This document shows positions 1-8,959 of a stretch of DNA of 64,000 nucleotides, in pieces. The translations under genes and the position numbers were made by a program. The first letter of the stretch is position 1, and each line of letters starts with the position of its first letter. Origin of the DNA: Mycobacteriales bacterium (lineage in GTDB: Bacteria; Actinomycetota; Actinomycetes; JAFAQI01); assembly GCA_035550655.1 (NCBI GenBank), contig DASZOU010000035.1:1495-65494 (forward strand), read 5' to 3'. Under the pieces are notes generated by a model. It was not told the origin of the DNA. It saw nothing but the letters and a program-made list of their open reading frames with translations, and ran no database searches.

Positions 1-625
1 TGTCCGTCCCGGAGTCGCTGATGAGCGGGAAGATTCGGACCTCACGTCGCGCCACCCGCGCCATCTCGCACGCTGCCGCGACATGAAAGTACTCGTTGAG
101 CCGGTCGGCGTACATGAATAAGAGATGCGAGCTGAGCACCAGGTCGAACGATGCGTCCCGGAACGGCAGGCGCGGCAGACTTGCCGCGACGTACGTGGTT
201 GGGTTGGTGAGGAGGTCTTCACCGAATACGCGCGCCGACTGGGTGCGGCGGCTGAGGTGGTCGGTGATGTCGGCGAAGAAGGTCCACACGAAGGACTCGA
301 TCGACGACCCGGTGTGACGGTTCCCGCGGACTGCCTCGTCCAGGGCGTGCTCGGCGAGCCAGGTCGGAGGGGCCGCGTAGACTGGGTCAACCGCGACCAC
401 TGACGCGCCTCGGCTGCTTGCTTCGGCAGCGAAGCTGGCGGCTCCGCCCGGACAGTCAAGGATTGAACGGCTGAGGTCGGCTTCGGTGAGGGCGAACATC
501 GCGACGTACTCGTCGAAGGAGCGGGCGCTGACCAGCGTCCGACCGATATTCGGCAGGCCCCTGGGATTGCTGGCCGGCGACGCGGGCTGGTCACGCTCGA
601 GTTGGCCGGGCTTCGCGCGTGTCAT
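1..625 (-). CDS. class I SAM-dependent methyltransferase, 3' end runs off the window start
   Basis: Minus-strand reading frame from ATG (complement of 623-625) to position 1 with no stop. It translates MTRAKPGQLERDQPASPASNPRGLPNIGRTLVSARSFDEYVAMFALTEADLSRSILDCPGGAASFAAEA..., which includes the glycine-rich LDCPGGxA SAM-binding motif I. Strong third-position GC bias. Confidence 0.7.
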   Translation of the reverse strand, partial: MTRAKPGQLERDQPASPASNPRGLPNIGRTLVSARSFDEYVAMFALTEADLSRSILDCPGGAASFAAEASSRGASVVAVDPVYAAPPTWLAEHALDEAVRGNRHTGSSIESFVWTFFADITDHLSRRTQSARVFGEDLLTNPTTYVAASLPRLPFRDASFDLVLSSHLLFMYADRLNEYFHVAAACEMARVARREVRIFPLISDSGTD

Positions 626-975
626 CCGGTCCCGGTGAGCTGCCCGACCGGGGAAGGCCAGTCGTAGCGCAGCGTCTCGCCGGGCTTGAGCGCGCTGAAC
701 AGCCGCGCGGCATCTCGCAGTGAGTCCGTGACGGGCGTCGAGCGACCGGCGCGCCAGTCCGCGATGTGTGCCGCCGCAAGCTGCTCCGCGCTACGCAGCG
801 TGTCGCGGTGCGCCGCGATCAAGGACCGTCCTTGGGGAGTTCGCTTGCGTCCGATGCTGCGGAACGTCGCGCCTTTCGCCAGCAGTCCCCAGAACCCGTC
901 GTGCGTCCCTGTCGCCGCCTCGACGATGTACTGCGCCAAGTCGTGGCTGATATCGCCTCGCCCCAAGGCCATCAC
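622..975 (-). CDS. hypothetical protein, true start uncertain
   Basis: ORF track gives 622..1197, but only the distal part shows coding-type third-position GC bias. Candidate starts are ATG at 972 or GTG at 975 (translation MALGRGDISHDLAQYIVEAATGTHDGFWGLLAKG...). The stop overlaps the methyltransferase start as ATGA. Starting at 1197 would overlap the divergent NUDIX start. Confidence 0.35.
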   Translation of the reverse strand: MMALGRGDISHDLAQYIVEAATGTHDGFWGLLAKGATFRSIGRKRTPQGRSLIAAHRDTLRSAEQLAAAHIADWRAGRSTPVTDSLRDAARLFSALKPGETLRYDWPSPVGQLTGTG

Positions 976-1179
976 CGTCCCCGGGATCCTGGTGCGTTGC
1001 CCGCGCACGGCGTGCCATCCGGTGACGCGTGACTCATCGTCGCGATAAAACTCCACCCTCACGATCTCCAGTGCAGCACTTGGCGGGGTCCATGCGCTCG
1101 CGGATTTCTTCCTCAGCCGGCGAACCAGAGATAGCGGCGCGCGCGCGTCCGCTGGAGCGATCGGCGTTACTGTGCTGCG

Positions 1180-1605
1180 GTGTCGAACCCCGTTCATCGC
1201 ACGCGGATCGCTGCGTACGGCGTGGCCATTTCGGCTGGCAACGTGTTGTTGACCCGGGCATCTGAGCGCTCCGACGTGCCCGGGACGTGGTGGCTACCGG
1301 GCGGAGGGATCGACTTCGGGGAGCAGCCGTCAGAGGCAGTCGTGCGGGAGTTCGCCGAGGAAGCTGGCGTGCAGACCCGCATCGTTCGCCTGCTTGACGT
1401 GGTGTCGACTGTGGCGGACCGGCCGCCGCCGTTCGCCGACGAGCGTGTTCATACGTTGCGCGTGATCTTCGAGGTCGAGGTGATCGGCGGGGAGCTGCGT
1501 CCTGAATCAGACGGTTCGTCAGATCGAGTGGCCTGGGTCCCGCTCGAGCAGACCGATGTCCTCCCGGTGATGTCGTTCTTCAAGCCGTTCCTCTCACGGA
1601 GCTGA
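1180..1605 (+). CDS. NUDIX hydrolase
   Basis: Nudix box GGGIDFGEQPSEAVVREFAEEAGV (GX5EX7REUXEEXGU) in a 141-aa ORF. GTG start at 1180. Confidence 0.8.
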   Translation: MSNPVHRTRIAAYGVAISAGNVLLTRASERSDVPGTWWLPGGGIDFGEQPSEAVVREFAEEAGVQTRIVRLLDVVSTVADRPPPFADERVHTLRVIFEVEVIGGELRPESDGSSDRVAWVPLEQTDVLPVMSFFKPFLSRS

Positions 1606-1608
1606 GTT

Positions 1609-2153
1609 GTGGCAGGCGAGCAGCTGCAACCCACCGAGTCCGCGGTCATCGCGCCGATACCGGCTGCGGAGTCGCGAGTCGGTGCCTATCGTCGCCGGCT
1701 TGACCGTTCGGCGGGCTGGGGAGTGCCAGCACACGTCACCGTCCTTTATCCGTTCGTCCCGCCTGACCGCCTAACCGGCGATGTCCTCGCGCGGGTCCGA
1801 GCCGTGGCCGCGAGGTTGACGCCGGCAGTGGCGGCCTTCCGCCAGCTGGGCTGGTTCGATCGGCGCGTCCTCTTTCTCTCGCCCGAGCCCGAAGACTGGT
1901 TCCGACATGCCACGGCTGCGATGCTGACGCCTTCCCGGACTGCCCGCCCTACGGCGGAGCCTTCGCCGATGTCGTGCCTCACCTGACGATCGGTGACTCG
2001 GAGGACATCACGGCCATGGAGGCCGCGGCCTCCGCGATATCGAGCCGCTTGCCCATCGTCGCGGACATCAGGCACCTCTGGGTCATGCAAGGCGCAACTA
2101 CCGCAGGTAGTTGGAATCTCGTGGAAGAAGTCGCACTAGGAACCACTCGATAA
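1609..2153 (+). pseudogene. 2H phosphoesterase / 2'-5' RNA ligase (LigT-like) family protein, apparent frameshift
   Basis: Frame 1 ORF 1609..1986 carries the first H-x-T-x motif (AHVTVLYPF). The second motif (VPHLTIGDS...VADIRHLWVMQG) continues in another frame down to TAA at 2151-2153. The frame change maps to about 1903-1926. Confidence 0.55.
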
Positions 2154-2273
2154 GCGCCGCTCTAAGTCGGTTCCGCGTTTCGCAGCACACCGATCGGTAA
2201 TGCCAGCTTTGCTTGGACGATCTAGGGCCGCGACTAGGTGGAGTTTCGGTTCAACGTGTAGGGCGCGCGCGGG

Positions 2274-2894
2274 TCACCGCGACACGGGCTGACTTGCTAG
2301 GCAGCTCCGGACAGCGGGACCGAACCACACGGCGAGTAGCGATCTCAGCTCGCGCGCAGACCGCGGCGGCCCGGGGTCGACGATGAATGACTGCAGTGTC
2401 CGCAGGTAGATCTCGACCAGACGTTCCGTACTGCGCGGCGTCAGTTTGACGGTCGTCCAGTCAACCGGAAGCTGCTCGAGCAGCTTGCGGGTCAGTTCAG
2501 CGGGGACGGCTGAGGTGAACTGCTCGTCAAGTGGAACCGCTCGGCCCTGGACGAGCAGCAATGACAGGTACCGCTCCTTGGGGAGTCGCTCGATCGTGAA
2601 CGCCATGCACTCGATGAGCATGTCGGCCGGGTCGGTCATCCGCTTCACCCGAGCCGCCAGCTGGTCCACGAACGCGTCGGCAGCCGCGATCGACACGGCG
2701 CGAAACAGGTCTTCCGTGCTCGCGAAGAGCCGGTAGACAGTCTGCCGGGTGACGCCGAGCTCGGCGGCTACGTCGGACAGGCTCGTCTTCGTCGGGCCGT
2801 GCCGGTCGATGCAGCGCATCGCCGCGCTGATGATCCGGTCGCGCGCGTCGTCGTCGTCGGTGGGCGGGTCACCCTGCCATGCCCGGTTCCTCAC
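2274..2894 (-). CDS. TetR family transcriptional regulator
   Basis: HTH region ARDRIISAAMRCIDRHGPTKTSLSDVAAELGVTRQTVYRLF. GTG start at 2894 preceded by AAGGACGGAAGCC. The long ORF-track extension to 3308 lacks support. Divergent from a P450. Confidence 0.8.
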   Translation of the reverse strand: MRNRAWQGDPPTDDDDARDRIISAAMRCIDRHGPTKTSLSDVAAELGVTRQTVYRLFASTEDLFRAVSIAAADAFVDQLAARVKRMTDPADMLIECMAFTIERLPKERYLSLLLVQGRAVPLDEQFTSAVPAELTRKLLEQLPVDWTTVKLTPRSTERLVEIYLRTLQSFIVDPGPPRSARELRSLLAVWFGPAVRSCLASQPVSR

Positions 2895-2954
2895 GGCTTC
2901 CGTCCTTGGAGGTCTGGGCCCTTGCGCATTCGGCCGCTGCGAGTACGGTACTGA

Positions 2955-2984
2955 ATCATACAGATAGGACCATATCTGTATGAT
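2955..2984. promoter_or_regulatory. AT-rich perfect inverted repeat, candidate TetR operator in the divergent promoter region
   Basis: ATCATACAGATA-ggacca-TATCTGTATGAT. The 12-bp arms are exact reverse complements. It is the most AT-rich stretch for several kb and lies between the TetR start (2894) and the P450 start (3003). Confidence 0.5.
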
Positions 2985-3002
2985 CTGTACGAGAGGGTGG
3001 GC

Positions 3003-4253
3003 ATGACCTCCGGCGACCTGGCGCTCGACGAGTTGTTTTCCGCACAGACCGTCGAGGACCCGCACTCCTACTACCGCGAGCTCCGGCGCAGCGACCCCGT
3101 CCACGAGATCGCCGGGACCGGGACGTACGTGGTCACTCGCATGGATCTCATCCACGAGGTGGTTGCGGACCCCGCGACGTACTCGAGCGCGGTGGGTGAG
3201 TACCTGCACCTCGGCGACTGGCAGGCACCAGGGCTTCGGCCACCCATGACGGACATGCCGGCTGACGTCGGAGGGTCGGCCGTCGCCACGACCGATCCGC
3301 CAGAGCATGCCCGCCAGCGCAAGGTCGTCGCTCGCCGGCTGTCGACCGCGAACATCCAGGCGATGGAGCCGGAGTTCAAGGCTCTTGTCGAGGGCGCGCT
3401 TGGGGACGTCGGTCCGGACGGGCGATTCGAGTGGATGTCACAACTGGCAGAGCCACTTCCCATGGTGATGGTGGCGCGGGTTCTCGGCCTGCCTGACGAC
3501 ATCGCGCCCGCGTTGAAGCGACAGGGCTACGCGATGGTCGAGCGGATCAGCGGATTCGTGCCGGAGGACCAGATCCAGCCGCTCGAAGACGAGGGCGTCA
3601 ACGGACTAACGCCTGTGATCGAGGCCTACCTCCAAGCCAAGGACGGGGCAACCGCCTACGACAACGGCCTGATCGGCATCGTCAAGCAGGCAGTTGACGA
3701 CGGCGAGCTCACCGACCTCGAAGCGTTCGGAATCCTCAGCGTGATCATCGCCGCGGGTGGCGAGTCGACGACTGGCCTGACGGGGACCGCTGCCTGCATC
3801 CTCGCCGAGGATCCCGACCTCCAGCAGCGACTTCGCGAAGACCCGTCGCTTGTGGCGACCTTCATCGAGGAGTCCCTGCGCTTCGACCCGCCGTTTCGGG
3901 GTCATTACCGGGTCACCACCCGCGACTGCGAGCTAGGAGGCACCGGCCTCCCCGCAGGATCGCATCTGCTTCTGGCCTGGCCCGCCGCCAACCGGGACGA
4001 GGCGATGTACGACGCGCCTGACGAGGTCCGCCTCGACCGACCCCGCGCCCGCAATCATGTCGGCTTCGGCTGGGGCATTCATCTCTGCGTGGGCGCTCCG
4101 CTCGCGCGGATGGAAGCAAGGATCGCGATCGAGGCCCTTCTGGCCCGAACAACCCGTTTCCGTGTTGATACCGACCGGCTCCCGCTGCGCTATCACCCGA
4201 GTCTGCTCGTACGACGCCTGGAGGCACTTCCTCTCGTGCTGGATCTCCGATGA
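3003..4253 (+). CDS. cytochrome P450
   Basis: Heme-binding loop [18 protein letters not shown] (FxxGxHxCxG) and the ExxR region [11 protein letters not shown] at 3003 follows GAGAGGG. The stop overlaps the next start as ATGA. Confidence 0.9.
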   Translation: MTSGDLALDELFSAQTVEDPHSYYRELRRSDPVHEIAGTGTYVVTRMDLIHEVVADPATYSSAVGEYLHLGDWQAPGLRPPMTDMPADVGGSAVATTDPPEHARQRKVVARRLSTANIQAMEPEFKALVEGALGDVGPDGRFEWMSQLAEPLPMVMVARVLGLPDDIAPALKRQGYAMVERISGFVPEDQIQPLEDEGVNGLTPVIEAYLQAKDGATAYDNGLIGIVKQAVDDGELTDLEAFGILSVIIAAGGESTTGLTGTAACILAEDPDLQQRLREDPSLVATFIEESLRFDPPFRGHYRVTTRDCELGGTGLPAGSHLLLAWPAANRDEAMYDAPDEVRLDRPRARNHVGFGWGIHLCVGAPLARMEARIAIEALLARTTRFRVDTDRLPLRYHPSLLVRRLEALPLVLDLR

Positions 4254-5767
4254 CACCGGTGCGGCGACGGCGGCAGCACCTCGCTCGGGTGGCGGCAGCG
4301 GTCGTCGTCGCTCTCATATCCGCGGCGTGCGGCGCGCGGGTTGCGCCGTACTTCCCGCCCGTCTCCAATGTCGGGTCAAGCGGCGAGTCGATGGGATCCA
4401 GCGGCGTTGCGCCGGCGCCGATCGCCAGTGCGCCCGACACCGCCGTCGGCACGGGACGGGGCCATGGCGGGGTCTCCTCCGGTCGCCCTTCCCGGAATGC
4501 CGCAGCGGGCCGGGCGACGAGCGCTCCAGCCGCTCCCTCGGTCGCCGCCCTGACCCCGGCGACGTTCGACTTCGACCCGAAGGCGGAGGCGTCGTACTGC
4601 ACCGGTAGGACCGGCAACCGGGCGTCAGCCCCCGGTGTGACCCCGACGACGATCACGCTCGGCAACGTCAGCGGTCTGACCGGCCCCGTGTCCGGTGTCT
4701 TCGAACCTGCAGTACACGCCGTCCAGGCCGCGATCAGCGCGGTCAACCACTACGGGGGAATCTGCGGACGACAGCTCAAGCTGCTGGTTCAGGACGACGG
4801 ACAAACCTCCAGCGCGCACACCTCCTCGATCCAGTACCTCATTCCCAAGGTCCTCGCTTTCGTCGGATCAACCTCCGACGGGGACAACGGCGGCGTTGTC
4901 GACATGGAGCGGGCGCACGTTCCTGATATCGGCAAGGCCGCCAACGCCAATCGCGGGAACACCACGAACTACTGGTCTGTCGACGGCGGAAGCTACGTCG
5001 TCAAGCATGGCCGCGCGTTTCTCCACACAGCGTTCGTAAAAGGTCTGAAGACCTACCACGAGCTCCCCAAGGAGATTGCTCTCGTCGCCTACAACATTCC
5101 CGTCGCCGCCGATGTCGCAGCCGAGTCGGGCGTGCTCTTCGAGCATTACGGATCAAACATCTGCTACCGCAACCTGTCGGTGCCGCCCGCACCCGGCGCA
5201 ACCATGGCGTCCATCGTCGCCTCAATCAAAGCGAAGGGCTGCCAAGGCATCTACGCGGTGATGGATGTCGTCGGCAACGCCGACATGCTGCGCGACATGC
5301 AGGCGCAAGACTTCCACGCCAAGGTTCTGACGACACAGGGTGCGTACACAGAAGATCAGATATCCCTTGCCGGGGAGGACGCCGCGCAGGGATTCCAGGT
5401 CTACATCCCGTCGGTCCCGCTGACCGACCCAAACCCGACGATGTCGCTGTTCAAGCAAGAGCTTGCGACCTACGCACCCGGTAAGGCGACTGACGAGTTC
5501 GGCGTCGAGGCCTGGGCCGACACCCAACTATTCATATACGCGTTGCTCAAGGCCGGACGCAATCCGACTCGCGCCGGCCTCACGCAGGCGCTTGAGTCGA
5601 TCGAGAACTGGACGACCGGCGGGATGTTCGGGCCCTACACCCCGAGGGAGCACGGGACGTCTCACTGCTACATGGGTGCGTCGGTCCAGGGCAGCGACTT
5701 CGAACGGTTGTGGCCACCGACAGGTTTCGTGTGCACGAATGCGCTGATCGACGTCGGCCCTGCCTGA
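4250..5767 (+). CDS. Liv/HAAT-type ABC transporter substrate-binding lipoprotein (periplasmic binding protein type 1), orphan
   Basis: Signal peptide with lipobox LISAAC, followed by a low-complexity Ser/Gly/Ala linker and then a Liv-type binding fold. It is paralogous to the substrate-binding protein at 21443..23020 ([15 protein letters not shown] versus YVNHHGGIACGRRLVV). Confidence 0.75.
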   Translation: MTPVRRRRQHLARVAAAVVVALISAACGARVAPYFPPVSNVGSSGESMGSSGVAPAPIASAPDTAVGTGRGHGGVSSGRPSRNAAAGRATSAPAAPSVAALTPATFDFDPKAEASYCTGRTGNRASAPGVTPTTITLGNVSGLTGPVSGVFEPAVHAVQAAISAVNHYGGICGRQLKLLVQDDGQTSSAHTSSIQYLIPKVLAFVGSTSDGDNGGVVDMERAHVPDIGKAANANRGNTTNYWSVDGGSYVVKHGRAFLHTAFVKGLKTYHELPKEIALVAYNIPVAADVAAESGVLFEHYGSNICYRNLSVPPAPGATMASIVASIKAKGCQGIYAVMDVVGNADMLRDMQAQDFHAKVLTTQGAYTEDQISLAGEDAAQGFQVYIPSVPLTDPNPTMSLFKQELATYAPGKATDEFGVEAWADTQLFIYALLKAGRNPTRAGLTQALESIENWTTGGMFGPYTPREHGTSHCYMGASVQGSDFERLWPPTGFVCTNALIDVGPA

Positions 5768-6022
5768 GCGCGACTGCCGCTACGCATCGCGAACTCGCTG
5801 AGCCTCAGGGCTCGTGCGGCTGCGCCCCGCGGCCGGCCGCGTCGCGGGCCGGGGTACAAAAGGCGGGTGGTCCGCGGCGAGGGGCCAAGCGGGCGTCGTT
5901 CCGCTTCAACGTCTGATTCCGTGCCTCCGGGCATCAATTCGCTGGGCCGCGGATCCACCTCCGCGCTGCTCATCTGCATCGCCACGATTCGACACTGCGT
6001 GGGTTGACAGCGCGGAGGGTGT

Positions 6023-6057
6023 CCTGGAAAGGTAGAACGTGGTTCTACCTTTCCAGG
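6023..6057. promoter_or_regulatory. 16-bp perfect inverted repeat (CCTGGAAAGGTAGAAC-gtg-GTTCTACCTTTCCAGG), candidate operator 10 bp upstream of the operon start
   Basis: The arms are exact reverse complements. The core GGTAGAA-N5-TTCTACC recurs at 23040..23058. A TTGACA hexamer sits at 6004-6009 just upstream. Confidence 0.55.
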
Positions 6058-6067
6058 GACGGGGTGC

Positions 6068-7540
6068 ATGTCGGCACTTATCGCGCAGCGGGAGTCCTAC
6101 GTCGCAGGCGAGTGGACCACGGCCGGCGAGGTCTTTCCGGTCGAGAATCCTGCCGACGAGACGACCGTCTGCGAGGTCCTGGGCGGACCCGCTGCGGACG
6201 TTGAGCGCGCGATCCTCGCGGCCCGTGAGTCCTTCGACGCCGGCACCTGGGCCGACCTGCCTCGGGCCGAGCGAGTGAGGGCCGTCTCGGCGATGTGCGA
6301 CCACATCGAGTCGACCCACGATGAGCTCGTCGCAACGATGATCGCTGAAGCGGGCCAGCCGGTCCGCTTCGCAGACGGCAGCCAGTTCACCGGCGGCCTC
6401 GGTCTCGCGCGCGGGTTGATCGACATCTACGCCTCGATGTCCGATGAGCAGCCCAACACCATCCCGGTCGACGAGGTGACCGCGGGCAAGGTACTGCTCA
6501 GCGTTCGCCGCTACGAGCCGGTCGGAGTCGTGGCCGCGATCACGCCGTACAACGCGGCGCTCATCATGGCGTTCCAGAAGGTGGTCCCGGCACTGCTCGC
6601 CGGCAACTCAGTCGTACTCCGACCGAGCCCGCTCACTCCGATTTCCTCCCTCGTGTTCGGAGCAGCCGCGGACGCCGCAGGCATCCCGCACGGCGTCCTC
6701 AGCGTCGTCATCGAGGAGGGTGCGGCGGGCGCAGAGCTGCTCACTACGCATCCGGCCGTCGACATGGTGTCGTTCACCGGATCGACGGCGATCGGCAAGC
6801 GGATCCTCGCCCAAGGCGCATCCACCGTGAAGCAGATCGCACTGGAGCTTGGCGGGAAGTCCGCGCAGATCTACTTCCCCGACGCGATCGACAAGGCGGC
6901 CGTCGGCGCCGCGGCCGTCGTCGCGATGACCTCCGGTCAGGCTTGCGTCGCCGCCACCCGCATGCTCGTTCCCGAGGAGAGCAAGGCCGACGTCCTCGTC
7001 GCGGTCTCCGGGATGTACGGAATGCTCGCCGTCGGCCCGCCGACCGAGCCGACGACGATGATCGGCCCCGTCATCTCCGCTGCTCAGCGCGCACGGTGCG
7101 AGGAGTACGTCGAGATTGCGCAGGAGTACGGCGGCAAGGTCGTCACCGGCGGCGGTCGTCCCGCGAGCCTCGATCGCGGCTACTATTTCGAGCCCACCGT
7201 CCTCGACCTGCCCGACAACTCCAACCCGGCTGCGCAGGACGAGATCTTCGGCCCGGTGCTTTCGGTCATCGGCTACCGCGACATCGATCACGCCGTCGAG
7301 ATGGCGAACGACTCGCCCTTCGGGTTGTCGGCGCAGGTCTACAGCGCTGACGTCGCTGCCGCGACCGCCGTTGCCCGTCGGCTGCGCACCGGCGCGGTCA
7401 ATGTCAACGCCGGGATGTTCAGCGCCTACGCACCCGGCGGCGGCTACAAGCAGAGCGGGCTCGGTCGCGAGCGCGGCACCGACGGGATCCGGGCGTTCCA
7501 GGAGCTCAAGCACATGACCATCAGCGAGATCGCCCGCTAA
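6068..7540 (+). CDS. aldehyde dehydrogenase family protein
   Basis: 490-aa ORF with ALDH signatures (ELGGKSAQIYFPDA, FTGSTAIGKRI, catalytic-Cys region GQACVAATR). Confidence 0.9.
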   Translation: MSALIAQRESYVAGEWTTAGEVFPVENPADETTVCEVLGGPAADVERAILAARESFDAGTWADLPRAERVRAVSAMCDHIESTHDELVATMIAEAGQPVRFADGSQFTGGLGLARGLIDIYASMSDEQPNTIPVDEVTAGKVLLSVRRYEPVGVVAAITPYNAALIMAFQKVVPALLAGNSVVLRPSPLTPISSLVFGAAADAAGIPHGVLSVVIEEGAAGAELLTTHPAVDMVSFTGSTAIGKRILAQGASTVKQIALELGGKSAQIYFPDAIDKAAVGAAAVVAMTSGQACVAATRMLVPEESKADVLVAVSGMYGMLAVGPPTEPTTMIGPVISAAQRARCEEYVEIAQEYGGKVVTGGGRPASLDRGYYFEPTVLDLPDNSNPAAQDEIFGPVLSVIGYRDIDHAVEMANDSPFGLSAQVYSADVAAATAVARRLRTGAVNVNAGMFSAYAPGGGYKQSGLGRERGTDGIRAFQELKHMTISEIAR

Positions 7541-7549
7541 GGAGTGGTG

Positions 7550-8758
7550 ATGACGACTGCAACCGAGCCCAACCTCGACTGGCTCATCTCGGTCGACGAT
7601 CACATCCTCGAGCCGGCACACCTGTGGGTCGACCGCGTCCCGGCGAAGGACCGCGACCGCGCGCCGCAGCTCATGCAGGACGGTGACCAGGAGTACTGGA
7701 CGTATGACGGTAAGAAGCTGCACAGCTCGGGCCTGTCGGCGGTCGCAGGCAAGACGAAGGAGGAGTTCTCTCCGGAGCCCGTGACCTACGCCGAGATGCG
7801 CCCGGGTTGCTACGACCCGAAGGCACGCATCGAGGACATGGACAAGGCGGGCATTCTCGCCTCGCTCTGCTTCCCGACACTCCCGCGATTCTGCGGCCAG
7901 CTGTTCATGGAGGCGAGCGACCGTGAGTTCGGCTTCACCTGTCTGCAGGCTTACAACGACTTCATCCTCGACGAGTGGTGCGCGGCGGCACCCGGCCGCT
8001 ACATTCCGCTGACCCTGATCCCGATGTGGGACCCGCAGCTCGCGGTCAAGGAGATGGAGCGCTGCGCCGCCAAGGGCTCGACCGCCTTCGCCTTCTCGGA
8101 GAACCCGGCGCCCCTCGGCCTGCCGACCATCCACGACCCGAGCCGCTATTGGGATCCGGTCATGCAGGCCGCGTCTGAGATCGGCATGGTCGCGTCGATG
8201 CACGTCGGCTCGTCGTCACAGGTGCCGCAGATCGCCCCGGACTCGCCGTTCATGGCGAACCTTGCGTGGGGCGCGATCCGCACGTCGGGCGCGATGCTGT
8301 CGTGGCTGTTCAGCGGGATGTTCACGAAGTTCCCGGGGCTGAAGATCGCGTTGTCTGAGGGCGAGATCGGCTGGATGCCCTACTTCCTCGAGCGTGCCGA
8401 GCAGGTCGTCGACAAGCAGCGGTTCTGGGTCGCTAAGGGTCACCGCTTCCAGGGTCACGCAGGTACTGACGTGGACATGGACACGCTCAACGTTCGAGAG
8501 CTGTTCCGCAACCACGTCTACGGCTGCTTCATCGAGGACCATCACGGCATCGCGAGCCTCGACGAGATCGGCGTCGACAACGTGATGTGTGAGACGGATT
8601 ACCCCCACTCCGACTCGACGTGGCCGAACTGCATCGAGGTCGCGAAGAAGCTCGTCGCGCATCTAGAGCCCGAGGTGCAGTACAAGCTGCTGCGAGGCAA
8701 CGCCGAGAAGCTCTACCGATTCACCCCGGCCGAACCACCGGTCCTCGCCAATGCCTGA
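7550..8758 (+). CDS. amidohydrolase family protein (amidohydrolase-2 / ACMSD-like metal-dependent hydrolase)
   Basis: N-terminal DDHILEPAHLW and the MCETDYPHSDSTWP metal-binding region. ATG at 7550 lies 5 nt after AAGGAG. The 3' end overlaps the ferredoxin start. Confidence 0.8.
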   Translation: MTTATEPNLDWLISVDDHILEPAHLWVDRVPAKDRDRAPQLMQDGDQEYWTYDGKKLHSSGLSAVAGKTKEEFSPEPVTYAEMRPGCYDPKARIEDMDKAGILASLCFPTLPRFCGQLFMEASDREFGFTCLQAYNDFILDEWCAAAPGRYIPLTLIPMWDPQLAVKEMERCAAKGSTAFAFSENPAPLGLPTIHDPSRYWDPVMQAASEIGMVASMHVGSSSQVPQIAPDSPFMANLAWGAIRTSGAMLSWLFSGMFTKFPGLKIALSEGEIGWMPYFLERAEQVVDKQRFWVAKGHRFQGHAGTDVDMDTLNVRELFRNHVYGCFIEDHHGIASLDEIGVDNVMCETDYPHSDSTWPNCIEVAKKLVAHLEPEVQYKLLRGNAEKLYRFTPAEPPVLANA

Positions 8759-8957
8759 CGGATTCACGGTCGTTGTCGACCGCGACGCCTGCATCGGCAG
8801 CGGTACGTGCGTGTCCTACGCACCGAAGAGCTTCACCCAAGGGGATGACGACGCCAAGGCGATGTTCCTCGACCCGCCCGGCGACACCTACGAGCTGATC
8901 AAGGAAGTCGTGCAGGCCTGCCCGATGGGCGCGCTGAGCCTCGTTGACAAGGAGTAA
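8751..8957 (+). CDS. ferredoxin (small 3Fe-4S/4Fe-4S type, P450 redox partner-like)
   Basis: 68 aa with CIGSGTC...CP cysteine spacing. Sits between the amidohydrolase and the SDR/P450 genes. Confidence 0.8.
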   Translation: MPDGFTVVVDRDACIGSGTCVSYAPKSFTQGDDDAKAMFLDPPGDTYELIKEVVQACPMGALSLVDKE

Positions 8958-8959
8958 GC

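Noticed and set aside
2154-2273. Lower-GC 120-bp convergent intergenic region examined for a tRNA or small RNA
   Set aside because: I could not find a cloverleaf, a T-loop (GTTCRANYC) or conserved sRNA features. It is most likely just a convergent terminator region.
6023-6057. Calling the dyad a bona fide KstR operator
   Set aside because: The remembered KstR consensus (TnnAACnnGTTnnA) has a 2-nt centre. Both local sites have AAC/AAT-N3-GTT spacing. It is reported only as KstR-like.
5668-6069. 133-aa minus-strand ORF overlapping the intergenic palindrome
   Set aside because: It has no codon-position GC bias and runs through the operator-like dyad and promoter region. It is typical spurious high-GC ORF.
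6608-8203. 531-aa antisense ORF opposite the aldehyde dehydrogenase and amidohydrolase genes (similar long antisense ORFs occur at 12026-12734, 14297-15583, 18951-20450, 33025-34134, 34886-36571 and 59952-63910)
   Set aside because: Arg/Gly/Asp-rich low-complexity translations lying antisense to well-supported genes are an artefact of 70% GC.
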